64,000 nucleotides of DNA, from the NCBI GenBank assembly GCA_000165425.1, contig CT868330.1, positions 310,001 through 374,000 on the forward strand, in the 5' to 3' direction. Of this stretch, positions 14,070-26,470 are shown piece after piece; positions within the stretch are counted from its first letter, which is position 1; every line of letters starts with the position of its first letter. The notes beneath the pieces are model-generated. The model saw only the letters and a list, made by a program, of their open reading frames with translations. It was not told the origin of the DNA and did no database searches. Source of the stretch: Paramecium tetraurelia (lineage: Eukaryota). The translations under genes were made by a program, and so were the position numbers.

Positions 14070-14828
14070 ATGGAACAACTAAAAGTTCTAATTTAAGAAA
14101 AATATAAAGGAAGTCCTCTTTTGATTGGATTACAAGGAATGCAAGGCGTTGGTAAGACAACTCTTGGAGTTCAAATGAAAACCCTATTCTCATAATAAAA
14201 TATCCAATTTGACAGTATTAGCATAGATGATTTTTATCTGAGTTATTTGGATCGGGAGAAGTTAGATAAAACAAAATACAAATATAGAGGACCTCCAGGA
14301 ACTCATGATTATCAAATGATAACTAATACACTTAAATCATTTAAAGAAGGTAACAGTATTGAGGTTCCAATTTTCGATAAAAGTTTGCATAATGGGCAAG
14401 GAGATAGAGTGGGATAAAAAACAATAAAGTGCTAGGTTTTATTATTCGAGGGATGGTTTGTTGGTTATAGGAGCAAATGTTTATAGGAGTTTAAATAAAA
14501 ATAAATGCCAAAATTACAATTAAATGGAAAAGATTATGACGAGAATTTAGAAGATTTTATTAATGATTAATTGAAACTCTATGAACCTATATGGGAATAG
14601 TTTGATTTATTAATTCAATTGAAACCTAATCCTTTTGAGTTAAGTTTAAAATGGAGATTAGAGGCAGAAAAGGAGATGAGACTAAAAACAGGAAATGGAA
14701 TGAGTGATGAATAGATTGTTGATTTCGTAACATTTTTTTGGAATTGTTTACATCCATTAATATATAATGAATTGAATTGTGATTTGGCTATTGAGGTGAA
14801 CGAAGCAAGATAATATAAAGTTTTATGA
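14070..14828 (+). CDS. D-glycerate 3-kinase (GLYK)/Tda10-like P-loop kinase
   Basis: IGLQGMQGVGKTT, SIDDFYL, RGPPGTHD, PIFDKSLHNGQGDR, LLFEGWFVG, WRLEAE...GMSDEQIVDFV; intronless. Confidence 0.9.
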
Positions 14829-14863
14829 TTAAAATTTATTATAAAATATATATATATAAGTTT

Positions 14864-15130
14864 TCAGTATGGAATTTAACTTAAGAGTTGTTTTGGAGAA
14901 TGGATTTCCTCCTCCTAATTTTGCATTGTATTTTCATCCTATAAGAATTATTCTTACCGTGATGCTAATATTTGCATTTTCTAAATTGCTTTTAGATGAT
15001 TTTTGGGCATCCTCAATTATTCTATCATATGATTCAAATCTTGGAGATTGAGATTTGGATTTTGAACAAATTCTATGACTTACTTTGGACAGTAAGCAAG
15101 ATTATGAAATGGCAGATAAGTAAAAGACAT
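14864..15130 (-). CDS. Small hypothetical protein (88 aa)
   Basis: ATG..TGA in code 6 (MSFTYLPFHNLAYCPKQVIEFVQNP...), flanked by AT-rich spacers. Confidence 0.55.
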
Positions 15131-15178
15131 GTATTCGTTAAATATATATTTATAATATTATAAAAAATTGATCAAGGG

Positions 15179-15403
15179 TCAAATGAGCTATTGGGTATGT
15201 TTATTTTCAATTATTTTTTGATCATTCTTTAATAACTTTTTTTAAGGTTTTTGTTCCATTTAAGTTATTTCTATATGAGTCGAATTATTGAGTTGTGTCT
15301 TTGGGATTTATTATTGTTTTTTTCTTACTATAAAGTACAATATCCCAAGTAGTATTATGGAAACTAATCCAATTAATATGAGTATTATGTAATCTTAGTC
15401 CAT
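15179..15403 (-). CDS. 74-aa single-pass membrane microprotein
   Basis: MDQDYIILILIGLVSIILLGILYFIVRKK: hydrophobic helix followed by a basic stop-transfer. Confidence 0.65.
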
Positions 15404-15426
15404 AAACAAATTTAATAAATAAAAAA

Positions 15427-16654
15427 ATGAAACTACATTAATGTTAAACCAACTAGCCAAACAATGATATGATCTTTGGTCATAGAATTGGCACCAAAAA
15501 GATAGTCGCTGAGAAGCAATAGAAAGTACACTCTATCATAATCAGTCTAGGTCATTAAACACATCAGATAATTGCCCAGAAGCAAGGAAGATAATTATTT
15601 TCATGAAGCCATTAAAGCCAATGAATAATATGACCTTTTTCTTGAAAAGTATTCCTACTATTCATTTCCTATCTAGGATGAACACTTTCAAGATCCAATA
15701 AGCGTTGATCTTAACTAAATAACGATTTTAGGATGATAATAAATTCGCCAATCTTCTTGAGTATGTTCCTGAAGAAAAAGAAAATGATAAAAAAATCAAA
15801 AAAGAACTTGAATCTTATATTGATAGATATGTTACAATGAAAAAAGGTCCTGCTCCAAGACATCCATAATTTTATTATTTTATTTGATTATTAACATTAC
15901 TTTTAAAATTATGTTCAATCCAAACAGCATCAAAACCTTGAGGACTATGAGCGCATCCTCTTAACGTTCTGCTTAAAACAAACAATTAATGGAAGAAATC
16001 GATTCTGCAATTGAAGACTTGAGAGAATGGAAAAAGAATGAGAATCTTGATTTGAAAAAACAACTAATGGAAAACTAACAAACAAAGAAAATCATCTATA
16101 AAAGTGGATATGAAATTGATGAAGAAGAAGAAGAGGACACAAGATAAGAAGAATTGCTCTAATAATAAGCAGATCTAAATAAGAAATTGCAGAAAATTAG
16201 ACAAGAATATATGAAGGAATACCTTAAAATTCCAAAATATATGGCGAGTGAATAAAAAACATAAGAAGTAACCCAAAAATTATAAGAAAGCTCCCAAAGA
16301 TTAGAAAACCTAGAAAACTACCCAATTAATTAACTTAATCTTAATAAACTTGATGATGATCTCTTGCTCAAACTTACTTAATGGAAAGCTTAACTAGCCG
16401 AAATAGATGAAATTTCAAAAGATTAAGAATCTGCACAATAAGATCCATAGAGTGATTAGAATGAACAGGTAACAGCAAATTTGAAATAAAAAATATAATA
16501 AGAATTGGATTAATACTAAAAGGATGAATAAAATATTTCAAAATAATAATTACAATAATAAGAGTTTAATTAACATATTAAATAAGAATTAAATGATCTA
16601 GATAAAGATTTTGATGAAATAGATTCATTATTAAATTAATGCGGAATCAAGTGA
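15427..16654 (+). CDS. Hypothetical coiled-coil, E/Q/D-rich protein
   Basis: Long code-6 frame with 2 early introns; ends ...DEIDSLLNQCGIK-TGA. Confidence 0.7.
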
Positions 16655-17075
16655 ATCATTTTTTAAATCAATTGAATATTTTAATTCCATCATCTCAAAA
16701 GGAACAACATCAATTTTTTGTTCATTAACATTTTGCAAGAACTGTTCATATTATTCTTTCCATTTTTTCATCATATTGTACCAACACTAAATTAATATTA
16801 TATGATAATACATCTATTTATTCCCTCCTATTACTATAAAAGACATATTATTTCTCTTAATTCTTGATATTAACTAAAGTTAGAACTTTACCCTCTTTTT
16901 GGGCAATTTAAATTTTATACATTTTGAGATTGAGTATTTCTGCAGGTATCTCTCCATTACTATAGGCTTTTTCACTATCATAAATGTATATGGTGCCCTC
17001 TGTCAAAATTAGAAAGCAATTCGATGATAAAAAAGTTCCTTGTACAGCAAATTTATCTTTTAAATAAGGCTCCAT
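16625..17075 (-). CDS. Small PH-domain protein
   Basis: CFLILTEGTIYIYDSEK...EILNLKMYKI...VLTLV...YVFYSNRREQIDCWYNMMKK (PH beta pattern and C-terminal Trp helix); 1 intron; start codon uncertain. Confidence 0.7.
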
Positions 17076-17173
17076 TGATAGTTTTATTGATATTATTCAT
17101 TATTTCAATCTATTCACTCTTATATTTTACACTTATTTTTTGGTTACTTTATTAATTAATTCCTTTATTATTC

Positions 17174-18068
17174 ATGGAATAAAAGGTATTGTATTTAGAA
17201 ATTTAAGAAAGTGTTGGTTTTCTTTCCTATGGCTATTCCAGCTTCCGGGAAAACAGTTTTATTTGAGAGCATTGAATAATATTATCACGAAAAGCATGAA
17301 GGGAAAACTAAATTGTTTATTGTATCAAGCGATTAAGTCTCATTACAATTGATGAATGAACATATTGCTGCTAATCCAAATGTTTCCAAAGAGGATGCTT
17401 ATTAAGAAACAAGAAAAAAATATAGAACGAGATATGATAATGAAATTAGGGCTGTGTGTTAAAAAGCATAAGGTATTCATTCATTTGAAATCTACTAGCT
17501 TGTGAATAACAATTCATCGTAATAATTTTTGATAAAAATCATCCTGAAAATGCTTTGAAAGGCCCTTTAGACATAGTTAAAGACTATTTTAAATAGTTTA
17601 CTTCAATTGGATTGATTCCCAAAATCGGTAAGCCTCTTGGAAATAATCTGTTTTCAATTACTTATCTCGTATCATGTGTTCAAAGGGCAATTAAAAGAGA
17701 AAATCATGAAACTCTGGTTGGTAATAAAGAAAAAGTAGCATCCGTAGTATTATTCTTTTTCTCATTCTTTAACAAAGTCTAAGTAAAGATATCTTAATTA
17801 TACTTAGATTGATAAGTTACCATTTAATAAAGTGTTTTACGTTCCTTTTACAAATGAAGATGTATAGATGGATTAGGTCCTCAGAGACGAAGCTCTTGAG
17901 CTTTTAAAAATTATTTAAAGAGAAAGAAATCCTGAAGACATTTAAAATAATAGTAAAGAAGCTCTATAGAAGTTTATTGGAATTTGTGAAAAGTATAACT
18001 TAGGGTTTCCCGATAAAAATTTGTAGAGAGAAATTGTTTGGAAAGAGATCGAAACAGTGGATTAATGA
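17174..18068 (+). CDS. Stand-alone polynucleotide-kinase module related to the Trl1/RNL tRNA-ligase kinase domain
   Basis: VLVFFPMAIPASGKT, IVSSD, IIFDKNHP, NNLFSITYLVSCVQRAIKRENHETL, VVLFFFSFF; 3 short introns. Confidence 0.75.
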
Positions 18069-18638
18069 TATATTACAATCATAATTATATAAAAGTATTA
18101 TGTAGATAATTAAATTTTTTTAAAGTAGAGAAATCAAAACTATTATTACACAACAACATTAAATCATTATTAACATTTTCAATATCATCAAAGATAATAT
18201 TCATTTGATTCATAAGCATATCAAAATTTTATAAATATCTATCTATGTCATGATGATATTGATCCTGAATTAAAATTGTGAAAATAATTTCAAATAATTT
18301 TAGAAATGATCTTTCTAAAATGCTTTTAAATTAAATGCTGCTTTTGATATCTTGATTAAATTAAATTGGATAATTCATTAAATCTTAATGATAGTCGGTT
18401 AAAATGAAAAGTGAACTGAGGAATGGAGATTATGTTGAACATATTGAGGAAGACTTAAATGTTTATAATGAAATTTAAGCATTTATAAATTTAATTGAAA
18501 ATTCAAGAAATTAATTACGAATTTACAATGCTGAAAGTCATATGAATTTGATGTGATATCAAAATACACAATATATTACTTACACTATAATGATAACAAT
18601 TTATAATATAAAATTATTAATTAAATTTTAATTGTTGA

Positions 18639-20195
18639 ATGCAATAGTCTGCAGATATAGATGTTTAGAGAGTCAAAGCAAAATAAGATTTATAATCTGT
18701 AACATATTTGGCTTGAATAAGATATATGTATTAGTTTCTCTATTTATGGGATTTTGCTTTTTATTTAATTCAAATGTTTGTTTCGGATGGGACTACAAAA
18801 TAATTATAGTGTATGCTTGTATAACACAATTTGCCTTTATGATTTCGAAATTACTCTCTAGTAAAGGGTACATCTGGTACAATATTAAATTAGGATCAAT
18901 TCATATTGTTGTTTTGCCATAATGGAAAGCACATTATTAATTACTTATTTACTGGGAATAGTATATAACAAAGAAGTTTCTCCAATTAATATCAACTTCA
19001 TTAGTTACACTCTTCTGATACTGCAATTTCTCATACTAGCAATAACAGTTCTAATAAGTAGATAGAACATTGATGGTGAAGGGCACGATTAATCTAAGCA
19101 AATCTAAGAAATAGTACTTATGATATGATGTTAGTTAGTCTCAGCAATTAAGAGTATAGGCTCTTTATAAATTGTTTTTGTAAGTTTGAAATGGAGTAAT
19201 TAAATTAATTGGGGTTGGATGCAGACCTTAGTTATCATATGGTTCAGCATAGGTACTTTGATATTGATTGAAATATGTCTATTTATTGATTTTGTAATGA
19301 AGTGTTGCAATGCTTAATTAGAAAATAAAAAGTAAATAAGTAAGAGTATAATTATATAAGTTTATGGTAGTATGTGGGTTAACATAGTATTCATTGGTTT
19401 TATCTCGACTTCTTTACTAACATTTTTGGGTTTAGGATTATTGCTCGATTATTAGATTTCTTAAATCAATTTTGGGGGAGTAATATCAACAATAATATAT
19501 TACATGCTCGAAACATGCTTCTATATAAAGAATAAGGAAGACTTAATGTAAGGTTATTCATTAAACCTAGTTCATTTCTAAATATTTCAGAAAATTAAAC
19601 TTTGTCTTAGAGTTAAGAAATAAATAATGATTAAACAAGTTTTAAGGAGAGAATAAAACAAATACATAGATTAAGTATTACTCAAATTCCTTAATTTATG
19701 ATAAAATTATCTGCCACTTATTATAAGAAAAAGGAGTTAATTGATTCTAAAAAGCAATAGATTGGTTCAGTATTGTCTTAAGATAAGAAATATAGGTCCA
19801 TCAGTTTTTCAGAGATCAAGAAAAACGACGTTATTAAAAAGCAAGCATCTTAGGATTTTGATGAAGAACTTACAAAAAGGTTTGATCATTTATTGTCCTC
19901 TCCTCGATTAAAATTGGAAGTCAGTGAAAGTATTGGTGCTGAATTGTCTAGCAGAGGACAACCAAAATAGATATAGCTCTGTTTAATTTGCTATGAAAAA
20001 GAGAGCAATATGATCAATTAACCTTGTGGTCATGGAGGATTTTGTTAGGAATGTTCATAATAAATGTTGTCCAAGAGCAATATGTGTTTGTTGTGTAGGA
20101 AACCTGTAACTCACACATTAATAGTTTAAGGAGTTGAGAATCGGGAAAGCTTAGTTGAGGTTGTGGGTATTTTGTAGGGTGAAAAGAAGTAGTGA
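18639..20195 (+). CDS. Multi-pass membrane protein with C-terminal RING-HC (C3HC4) E3 ligase domain
   Basis: Several hydrophobic segments; C-terminal CLICYEKESNMINQPCGHGGFCQECS...CLLCRKP. Confidence 0.88.
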
Positions 20196-20229
20196 TAATT
20201 AAATTGGTTTTAAATAATTTTTATAATAT

Positions 20230-21285
20230 ATGAATAATAATAGTAATATTTTCAGGCCACCATCATGTCATAAAGTATAAACTCCTTAGTTTGCCAAAGA
20301 ATAGTAATAACCCAAAAATGCGAAAGGAAATAATAGACAAGTTTTTAGAAGTATACATTTATATGAAAAACAATAGTCTAGACATTTAAATTGAGTCCTA
20401 ATTTCAAGAATAATCTAAGTTAAATGCCTTCAACTTAAGATAGTACATAAATAGTTAATTTTAGCATTGGAATAACGACTGGCCGACCAGACTTCTGAGA
20501 TAAGATTACTTTAAAATCAAATAGCAGAGTTAAAGAAATAAAATGAGCTATTAGAGTAAAGATTGAGAAAGGCCAATTCAGTACTTTTTAAATTAATTTT
20601 AGACTGTTTCTGATTATTGGATCAAAGTTAAAGATACATAAACTAAACTCCAACAGGTGTCAAATAAATTTCGAAACAGCAGAGACAAGAAAAAAATGTA
20701 TAAAAGGAGAATAATAGATGCTTTGAATTACTTTTATGGTAGATACACTGATGCCTAATGTAAGTGAAATCATGAAAATAGAATAGAATACTCCATTTTT
20801 ATAATTAGAGGAACTAAGATAAATTTTACTGCAATTAGGAATGCATGAATCCATTGTCTAAGAAATGCAATATTTAAATCAATAAGCTCAAAATTAGTTG
20901 AATGTTAATATTGACAATATGACATATGAATAAATTTTAAACTTGCAAGAGAGAATTGGGTATTTATATATTCACTATTGTTAGCAATCAAAATGTAGGA
21001 TTAACCAAATTGCAAATAAAAGAGATTCCGAAAAGAACGAAAGAAGCAAATGACAATGTGGAAGAAATGTAAAATATTTTAATTCTAAATATGAATAGCT
21101 GTACCATCTGTTATGATCAAATATAAACTGGCAATGTATATAGACAACTACCATGCAATCACATTTATCATTCAAAGTGTATAAAAGCGTGGCTCTTGAA
21201 TCACAAAAAGTGTCCAGTCTGTAATATAGAAGTGATTCTTGGTTCTGAGTAACATGAAGACCATAATCACTAACAAACACAATGA
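20230..21285 (+). CDS. RING-H2 E3 ubiquitin ligase (RNF38/BIG BROTHER-like C-terminus)
   Basis: NIDNMTYEQILNLQERIG...GLT...CTICY...LPCNHIYHSKCIKAWL...CPVC; 2 introns. Confidence 0.92.
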
Positions 21286-21339
21286 ATTAATTATATCAAT
21301 TATTATTATAAAGACTTATAATAAATTAATAATCTTTAT

Positions 21340-22111
21340 TCAAGGACTGATATCTTCATCGTCGACCTTTTTGGCAAATTCCATTTTGAGATCTTTGTAG
21401 AATTGAGTTAGATGAACATTAGTTATAGCAACACTGTTAGATATTGATTTAGGTTGATTAGATTGCACCGGCATCACATAGATTATTTTATTTTTCAATG
21501 CCTTTATATACTTGATTATGGGGAACGTGATATTGTCTGCGTTATCTTCACAATCAGTACAAGAAAGAGCTAAAAGTTAGATTCGATCGCTAAAGTAATC
21601 GTTTCCCCACCAGAGTTCAACTTCATCATCAAAGTTCTTGTCCATAAGACAATTCAAAATGATTGTAGTTTCTATAAGCAACTATGAATTGTAATCACAA
21701 TAACCTTACTTGAATCGTTTCTTTTTATATAAATCCTTTATTAGTAATTGTATCAAGATTGGAATTTATATAATTTACATATTCATTTCTATAAAAATCT
21801 AGTACTATAGACTTTATCTTCAAAGCTTTTTCAGTAAAATGATTATAGCTTCGTAATATCAATTTTGATTTGGCCTCTATCCTGTCAACCAAGATTTCAC
21901 ATGAATCCAACTGAATTTATTATTTCTCAATTTGTTCAGCTAAATAAGATTTGATGGGTTTAGTTCTCATTGTATTAGCCAAAGAAGTACTTTCTATAAA
22001 GTCAATTGCTTCTTTACTGGTACTCTAACTTTGAAGAATGTACCCCTGCTTTTTCGTTTCAATTCTTATTTCAACATGATCATTTTTTTGTTTAGAACAT
22101 GAAAATCCCAT
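21340..22111 (-). CDS. Hypothetical protein with N-terminal myristoylation/palmitoylation-type motif (MGFSCSK)
   Basis: Open code-6 frame with ~1 intron; ends ...DDEDISP-TGA. Confidence 0.7.
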
Positions 22112-22147
22112 TTTATATAGTATTGATATTATTTATTGTTTTTTAAA

Positions 22148-23842
22148 TCAAATTTATCCCATGTAATCCCAAAGGTTGTCCTTGTCACTATATCCAGGGA
22201 TGGCATACTCGTGTAAGTTTGGAAGAAAGTTCTCTTGTGTGGTTTTGAAGGGAGGAAATATTTTATCAATTGTTAGCCTAAATGCGTCATCTAAATCTAA
22301 TTCAAACGTTTACTTAACATTCTTGGAATTAATTTTTATAGAAGTGGACTACTCTCTTCAATACAAGGATTAGTATTTATTTCAATTAACCAAATATGGC
22401 CATTTTTATCAACCATAAAATCGTACCCAAATATTTCAAACTAGAAATCCTTGCGATCTAAAATTAAGGTACATATATCAACTGTCTCGCAATTTAGAAC
22501 AAGCACAATGAATTGTTTAGTGAATCAATTCTTTCATTTTAAGTACAATTCCAGCTGAGGTCACTTTAGTATTTCTCTATTAATTTAAATAATGCTGCAA
22601 ATCTTAAAAGCTTAATTGATTTCCCAATTCGTATTTTCCGTAACCAGGATGATTCTTTTATATAGCATTATTTGTTAAATGAATATACAGAGATTTTAAA
22701 TTATTAACATCAAAATGTTCACTAGCTAAACGCAGATATCTATAATAATAATAGATTTGTTCTACCCTTCCTTAAAAAAATAGTATTTTGAAGTATGATC
22801 AATTAGTACCCAAACTCGAAAATCGAATTTTCTACCATTATACAAAAGAGGAGTTTCTAAATACTTTTATAAAACTATAATGCGATCATTAGAACCAGAT
22901 TAATCAATTGTAAAACTTATCTAAGCCTAACCTGACTCTTCTAAATGAACAATATAGTTTACTTTCATTTTAGTCTGGATATGTAATTGTAACTCCTCGT
23001 GCTCCTTTTGACGAACTTTTAGTTTTTTAATTGGCACTTCTAATTTTACAGAATTCCTCTACTTAATTGATAAACACCTTTAAATCAGAAAATAATTAGA
23101 TCCCTCTTCCTCTATTAAGATCTGGTGGTTTCAATAGCCATATATTCTTCTAATTGCCTTCTTTCTTAATTTAAATGAAAAAATCCACAAATTTCTTGAG
23201 ATCCCATTAAAGTGTCATTGAATCCAAATTTATTGAGAATGTTATTGGTACAAAATCATCCATATTCTTATTAATTCTTTAACAATGCATTTTTAGATTG
23301 TCATGCAATTTATTTTTGTTTGATATTTCATGGTGATGTTCCAAATGATTTATGCAAACTTTCTTCTAAGTAAGATTGGAGTAATTAAATCCCTTATTCG
23401 ATTGTTTCCATATAAAATTCACACTACAATTTATTATCCAGAACTTACTTAAAACTTGTCTATTATTCTGCAAACCAACTTCGTCCTTATAGGATCCTCC
23501 TAACTAAAGCACCGTTATTTCCATTCTCACAAAAGAACTACCTGTTTTTATAATTATCATTACAACATATTAAGTAGCAAACGTATTTTTCAAAAAAGCA
23601 GTTCTTGGTATTCTTTACACTGATGATTAAGGCCTTTTTCCTTCTGCTTAACTGCTACGTTTACGCTTTTCAATTGATTGTTTCCTTTAGAATTAAGTGC
23701 TGTTGAACAAACCAATCTTAGAGAAACCTTCTGGAGTATGTTATCGAGGTTCCTTTGGACTGTACTTTAATTGAATAGGCTCCAATCTTTATTATTGTGT
23801 ATCATACCTATTATCTTTGAATTTCATAGCTTGCAAGAACAT
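22148..23842 (-). CDS. Tubulin-tyrosine ligase-like (TTLL) protein, glycylase-like branch
   Basis: WLLKPPDLNRGRGI, QKYLETPLLYNGRKFDFRVWVL, YLRLASE, HLTNNAIQK, FEIFGYDFMVD, WLIEINTNP. Confidence 0.93.
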
Positions 23843-23881
23843 TGGATTATTATTTATATAAAATTATCACAAAAATATTCC

Positions 23882-24497
23882 TCACTAAACTACTTGTCTT
23901 GACTGTAAATATTCTTACAAGTACTTCTGCTCATACATAGGATCCAAAACTATATTAGGAATCTCCACATTCTATCCAGGTGCCACTGTTTATGGGTTGT
24001 AATTCCCATTAAAATACTCCAATTATCTGAACATCTTTTCATGCTGAATATATGTTCTCAATCTTATATTTTCAGAATGTAAAAATGCATTTTCTTATTC
24101 CAATTAATCTTGTCTATTTCTTAACAATTGATTTTCTGCAGTTTTCTATTGGCATAATTGATACAATGCTTAATTTTATGTTTCTGGTATATCATTTCTT
24201 TATTGCACTAATAAAGAAGTTATGTGTTATCTCTCTTCACTAATCTGATGCAAATGATCCTTCACATTCAGTCCTAAATTAACCTAATGAAATACTGAAT
24301 TGCTGATTTAGCTTGTTTTACAATTCTGAACATTCTAGTTCCTTTTATCGATAAAGCTCCATTAAATTCTAATATTTTTAATTCATCTCTTATTATTCTA
24401 AAGCATTGCTATCCACTAACGCAGTCAAAGTTTCCACTTCGTCTACAAGAATTTATATTCTTTGCAATAATTTCTACACTATGTCCTCTTGTGGCAT
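23882..24497 (-). CDS. Hypothetical coiled-coil protein
   Basis: MPQEDIVQKLLQRIQILVDEVETLTALV... heptad-like; ends ...QSRQVVQ-TGA; probably 1 intron. Confidence 0.65.
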
Positions 24498-26470
24498 GAA
24501 TCTGTTAATTTATTTATTAAATAAATATTAATAATCACTATTATGTAATCTTATATTAATTTTTAGTGTTTCTAATAACCTAAAACACTTTTTAAAATTA
24601 TTAAAACCAAGTGATTAACTTGAATAAAGAGGAACTTTCTTAGCAATAAATTTTATTTAATTTTTTATCTTAATTAAAATAAATAATTTTATTTACTTAC
24701 AAATTGCATTCTAAAAAACAAAAAGTAAACTCAAATATTCCTTAGCTACATCATCATAGTTCAAGATTATAATTTGTAAACGAACTAATTTAACAACAAA
24801 AAGTCAGTCTAATTATTATACTTTATATAAATTAAAATCAATAAGTAGCTAAAATGTATTCATAAATTCATCCATTTATATATCTAAATTTACATTTTAA
24901 ATTTAATCTTACTTACTGACTTACAATATGAATTTATTAAATCAATAATATTTTCATGAAAAGTTTCATGTTAAATATCTTTTATAAAGAGTAGTCATAT
25001 TTATTAAAATAATAAGCTAAAGTCACTTTATGAGGTCTTCAAAATCCTAGATAACTCTTTTAGTTTCAATTATAGTATTTGAAATTTTAGCTATATACTT
25101 AGCTTGTTAACTAAAAGAGTTAAACTATTTATTCGATGATTTTGGAAGATAGAGTAATAAAAACTCTCCATTATAAATCATTATGAATATATATAGAGAA
25201 TTTGGTTCCTCAAACGTTTTAATAATAGTATTTAGAAAAAAGCAAAGCCATTTTATAACTTCTTTCTTCCTTGAATATTATATTTTTTTTATTAAGTTAT
25301 TTTCTTTAATAATAACCATCTATTATAAATTATGTAATCACAAAATAAATCTGACTGCTCTAAAATTATTGATTTTAAATAATAAAAATAATAATTGGAA
25401 TACCGTAAAAACTATCGGATTTTGTTATGTCTTTTTTATAATTCCTGTTTAATTGATTGTTACTTCCTTAGTTTAAGTTTAGGTTTTTGTAATTTTTCCT
25501 TTTATTTTTTAAAAAATCTAAATATTTCTTAAACAAAATAGGAAGGATTACAAATACTAAAGCTAAAACTAAAGAAAAACATTAGAACATATTAAATTAA
25601 TTGCCTGAACTTGATCTTATGATTAAAAGATAATACAAGATCTGATTTCTGTAATTTGAAAAGAAATAGGCAACATCAAAGTATAGACCAAAACAAGTAG
25701 AAAAAGGTTCAGATGAAATTAAGATATTATGGATATATAATAAATAATTTTAATAAACGTAAAGAAAAATTTACAAAAAAATATAAAGTATCAACTTCCA
25801 AACCTTAAAAAATAAAACTATAGAAAAATAAAGTGAAATCCTAAACGTTTATTGACTTTAGGAGAATGTATAACAATATTGAATTATTAATTTTCAAAAT
25901 ATTACTGAAGCTAATCTTCCTATTTATTCTATTTATTGATATAAAAAATAATCATGTTAGAAAGATTAAAAAATTAAAAGCTTTTGAAGTGAAAGTAACT
26001 GGATATTGTTAATACATTTTGAATAAATTTACAATAAAGTAAAACCTTATCACAATCCATTGGTTTATCCTGCCTAATTTAGATTTAAAAAAAATTCATT
26101 TTTATAATGAATTAATATTCTTAGTTAAAAAGAAATAAGCAATTCAAAAAAAATAATATTCTCTTCTTTTTCAGCTGTAATTTGTCTCTAAAAATTGTCT
26201 AATTGTAGATAATTTTAATCAAAAATATCTTATAAAATAACAAAACTATTCCTATTTGAGTTTTATCAAATATTAGAAAAACTTTAATTTAGTAATTGGA
26301 ATAGGTTTATTAGATCATATTAGAGTTAATTATCTTTTATTTTAAGAAGATCTTATTAAATAATTGAGAACTATGGATTGATATTTGTTGTTAAGATTAG
26401 ATTTATATGATAGACATGGAAATTGAATAAAATTTAATATTAATTTATCAAATAATAATAATATTTCTCT

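Noticed and set aside
17173..17176. CATG palindrome giving overlapping divergent start codons for the PH gene and the Trl1-kinase gene
   Set aside because: The - strand frame from this ATG hits TGA before the PH core; the ATG at 17075 gives an intact PH frame
17186..17198. Apparent 13-nt intron gtattgtatttag (would be exceptionally short)
   Set aside because: A 22-nt intron ending at the next in-frame AAG restores the same frame and fits the normal size range
24500..26470. Possible IES or Tc1/mariner transposon
   Set aside because: No terminal inverted repeats or transposase motifs found; TA-bounded ends cannot be distinguished in such AT-rich DNA without germline/somatic comparison
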